From positions 17,613 to 81,316 of the forward strand of contig MU054029.1 in assembly GCA_013239625.1 (NCBI GenBank): 63,704 bases of DNA. Direction: 5' to 3'. The translations under genes were made by a program, and so were the position numbers. Positions 62,459 to 63,704 of the stretch are shown here, in pieces (positions within the stretch are counted from its first letter, which is position 1; each line of letters begins with the position of its first letter). This DNA is from Lama guanicoe (Eukaryota). Below the pieces are notes generated by a model that was not told the DNA's origin, ran no database searches, and saw only the letters and a list, made by a program, of their open reading frames with translations.

Positions 62459-63704
62459 TTTTTTAACATTTTTTATTGATTTATAAACATTTTACAATGT
62501 TGTGTCAAATTCCAGTGTTCAGCACAATTTTTCAGTCATTCACGGACATATACACGCTCATTGTCACATTTTTTTCTCTGTGAGTTATCATAACATTTTG
62601 TGTATATTTCCCTGTGCTATACAGTGTAATCTTGTTTATCCATTCTACAAATTTAAAATCCAAGTCCATCCCTTCCCACCCTCCACCACTCTGGTAAACA
62701 CAAGTCTGTATTCTCTTCTTGTGAGTATATTTCTGTCCTGTATTTTGCTTTGTTTTTGTTTGTTTTTGTTTTTGTTTTTTAGATTCCACATGTGAGCGAT
62801 CTCATATGGTATCTTTATTTCTCTTTCTGGCTTAATTCACTTAGAATGACATTCTTCAGGAGCATCCATGTTGCTGCAAATGGCATTATGTTGTCGGTTT
62901 TTATGGCTGAAAAAAAATCCATTGTATAAATATACCACCTCTTCTTTATCTAGTCACCTGTTGATGGACATTTAGGCTGTTTCCATGTTTTGGCTTTTAT
63001 GAATAGTGCTGCTATGAACATTGAGGTGCAGGTGTCGTCCTGAAGGAGATTTCCTTGTGGATATAAGCCCAGGAGTAGGATTCCTGGGTCATATGGTAAG
63101 TCTATTCCTAGTCTTTTCAGGAATCTCCACACTGTTTTCCATACTGGCTGCACCAAACTGCATTCCCACCAGCAGTGTAGGAGGATTTCCCTATCTCCAC
63201 AGCCTCTCCAGCATTTGTCATTTTTGGATTTTTGAATGACGGCCATTCTGACTGGTGTGAGGTGATACCTCATTGTAGTTTTGATTTGCATTTCTCTGAT
63301 AATTAGTGATATTGAACATTTTTTCATGTACTTTTTGATCATTTGTATGTATTCCTTGGAGAATTGCTTGTTTAGGTCTTCTGCCCATTTTTGGATTGGG
63401 TTGTTTAATTTTTCTTATTGAGTTGTATGAGCTGCTTATATATTCTGGAGATCAAGCCTTTGTCGGTTTCACTTGCAAAAATTTTCTCCCATTCCATAGG
63501 TATTCTTCTTGTTTTACTTCTGGTTTCCTTTGCACTGCAGAAACTTATAAGTTTCATTAGGTCCCATTTGTTTATTCTTGCTTTTATTTCTTCTAGGAGA
63601 AAATTTTTGAAATGTATGTCAGATAATGTTTTGCCTATGTTTTCCTCTAGGAGGTTTATTGTATCTTGTCTTATGTTTAAGTCTTTGATCCATTTTGAGT
63701 TGAT
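62459..63704 (-). mobile_element. Young LINE-1 3' end (antisense), runs off the window
   Basis: The reverse complement closely matches ~26300-27410. ORF 62950-63342 encodes the L1 ORF2 C-terminal domain ([11 protein letters not shown]...CWWEC). Confidence 0.95.

Overview
Mammalian genomic DNA, most likely a camelid, judged from tRNA-derived SINEs of the vic-1 type and camelid-style L1 3' ends; the draft assembly has five N gaps. I recognise no intact conventional protein-coding gene. The window is a segmental-duplication mosaic with intron-containing (unprocessed) fragments of three genes that are unlinked in human: KLHL2 exon 2 (- strand, 3068-3193, dead splice donor), POFUT2 promoter plus exons 1-2 (- strand, 42341-44086, frameshifted) and the MRAP2 terminal exon (+ strand, 57843-58232, internal frameshift). 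A GC-rich ~160-bp tandem repeat with higher-order structure occurs twice in opposite orientation (11.3-12.2 kb and 53.9-56.1 kb), each time 5' of a captured gene fragment. A chain of exon-like segments on the + strand (46-53.6 kb) is phase-compatible with the MRAP2 exon. Because of its frameshift, that exon reads open in phase 0 into the native MRAP2 C-terminus, which makes it a candidate lineage-specific chimeric gene. The rest is a near full-length dead L1, several L1 fragments, L2/MIR, MER DNA transposons, LTRs (including an inverted LTR hairpin) and microsatellites. Gene and repeat identities come from recalled sequences and need alignment confirmation.
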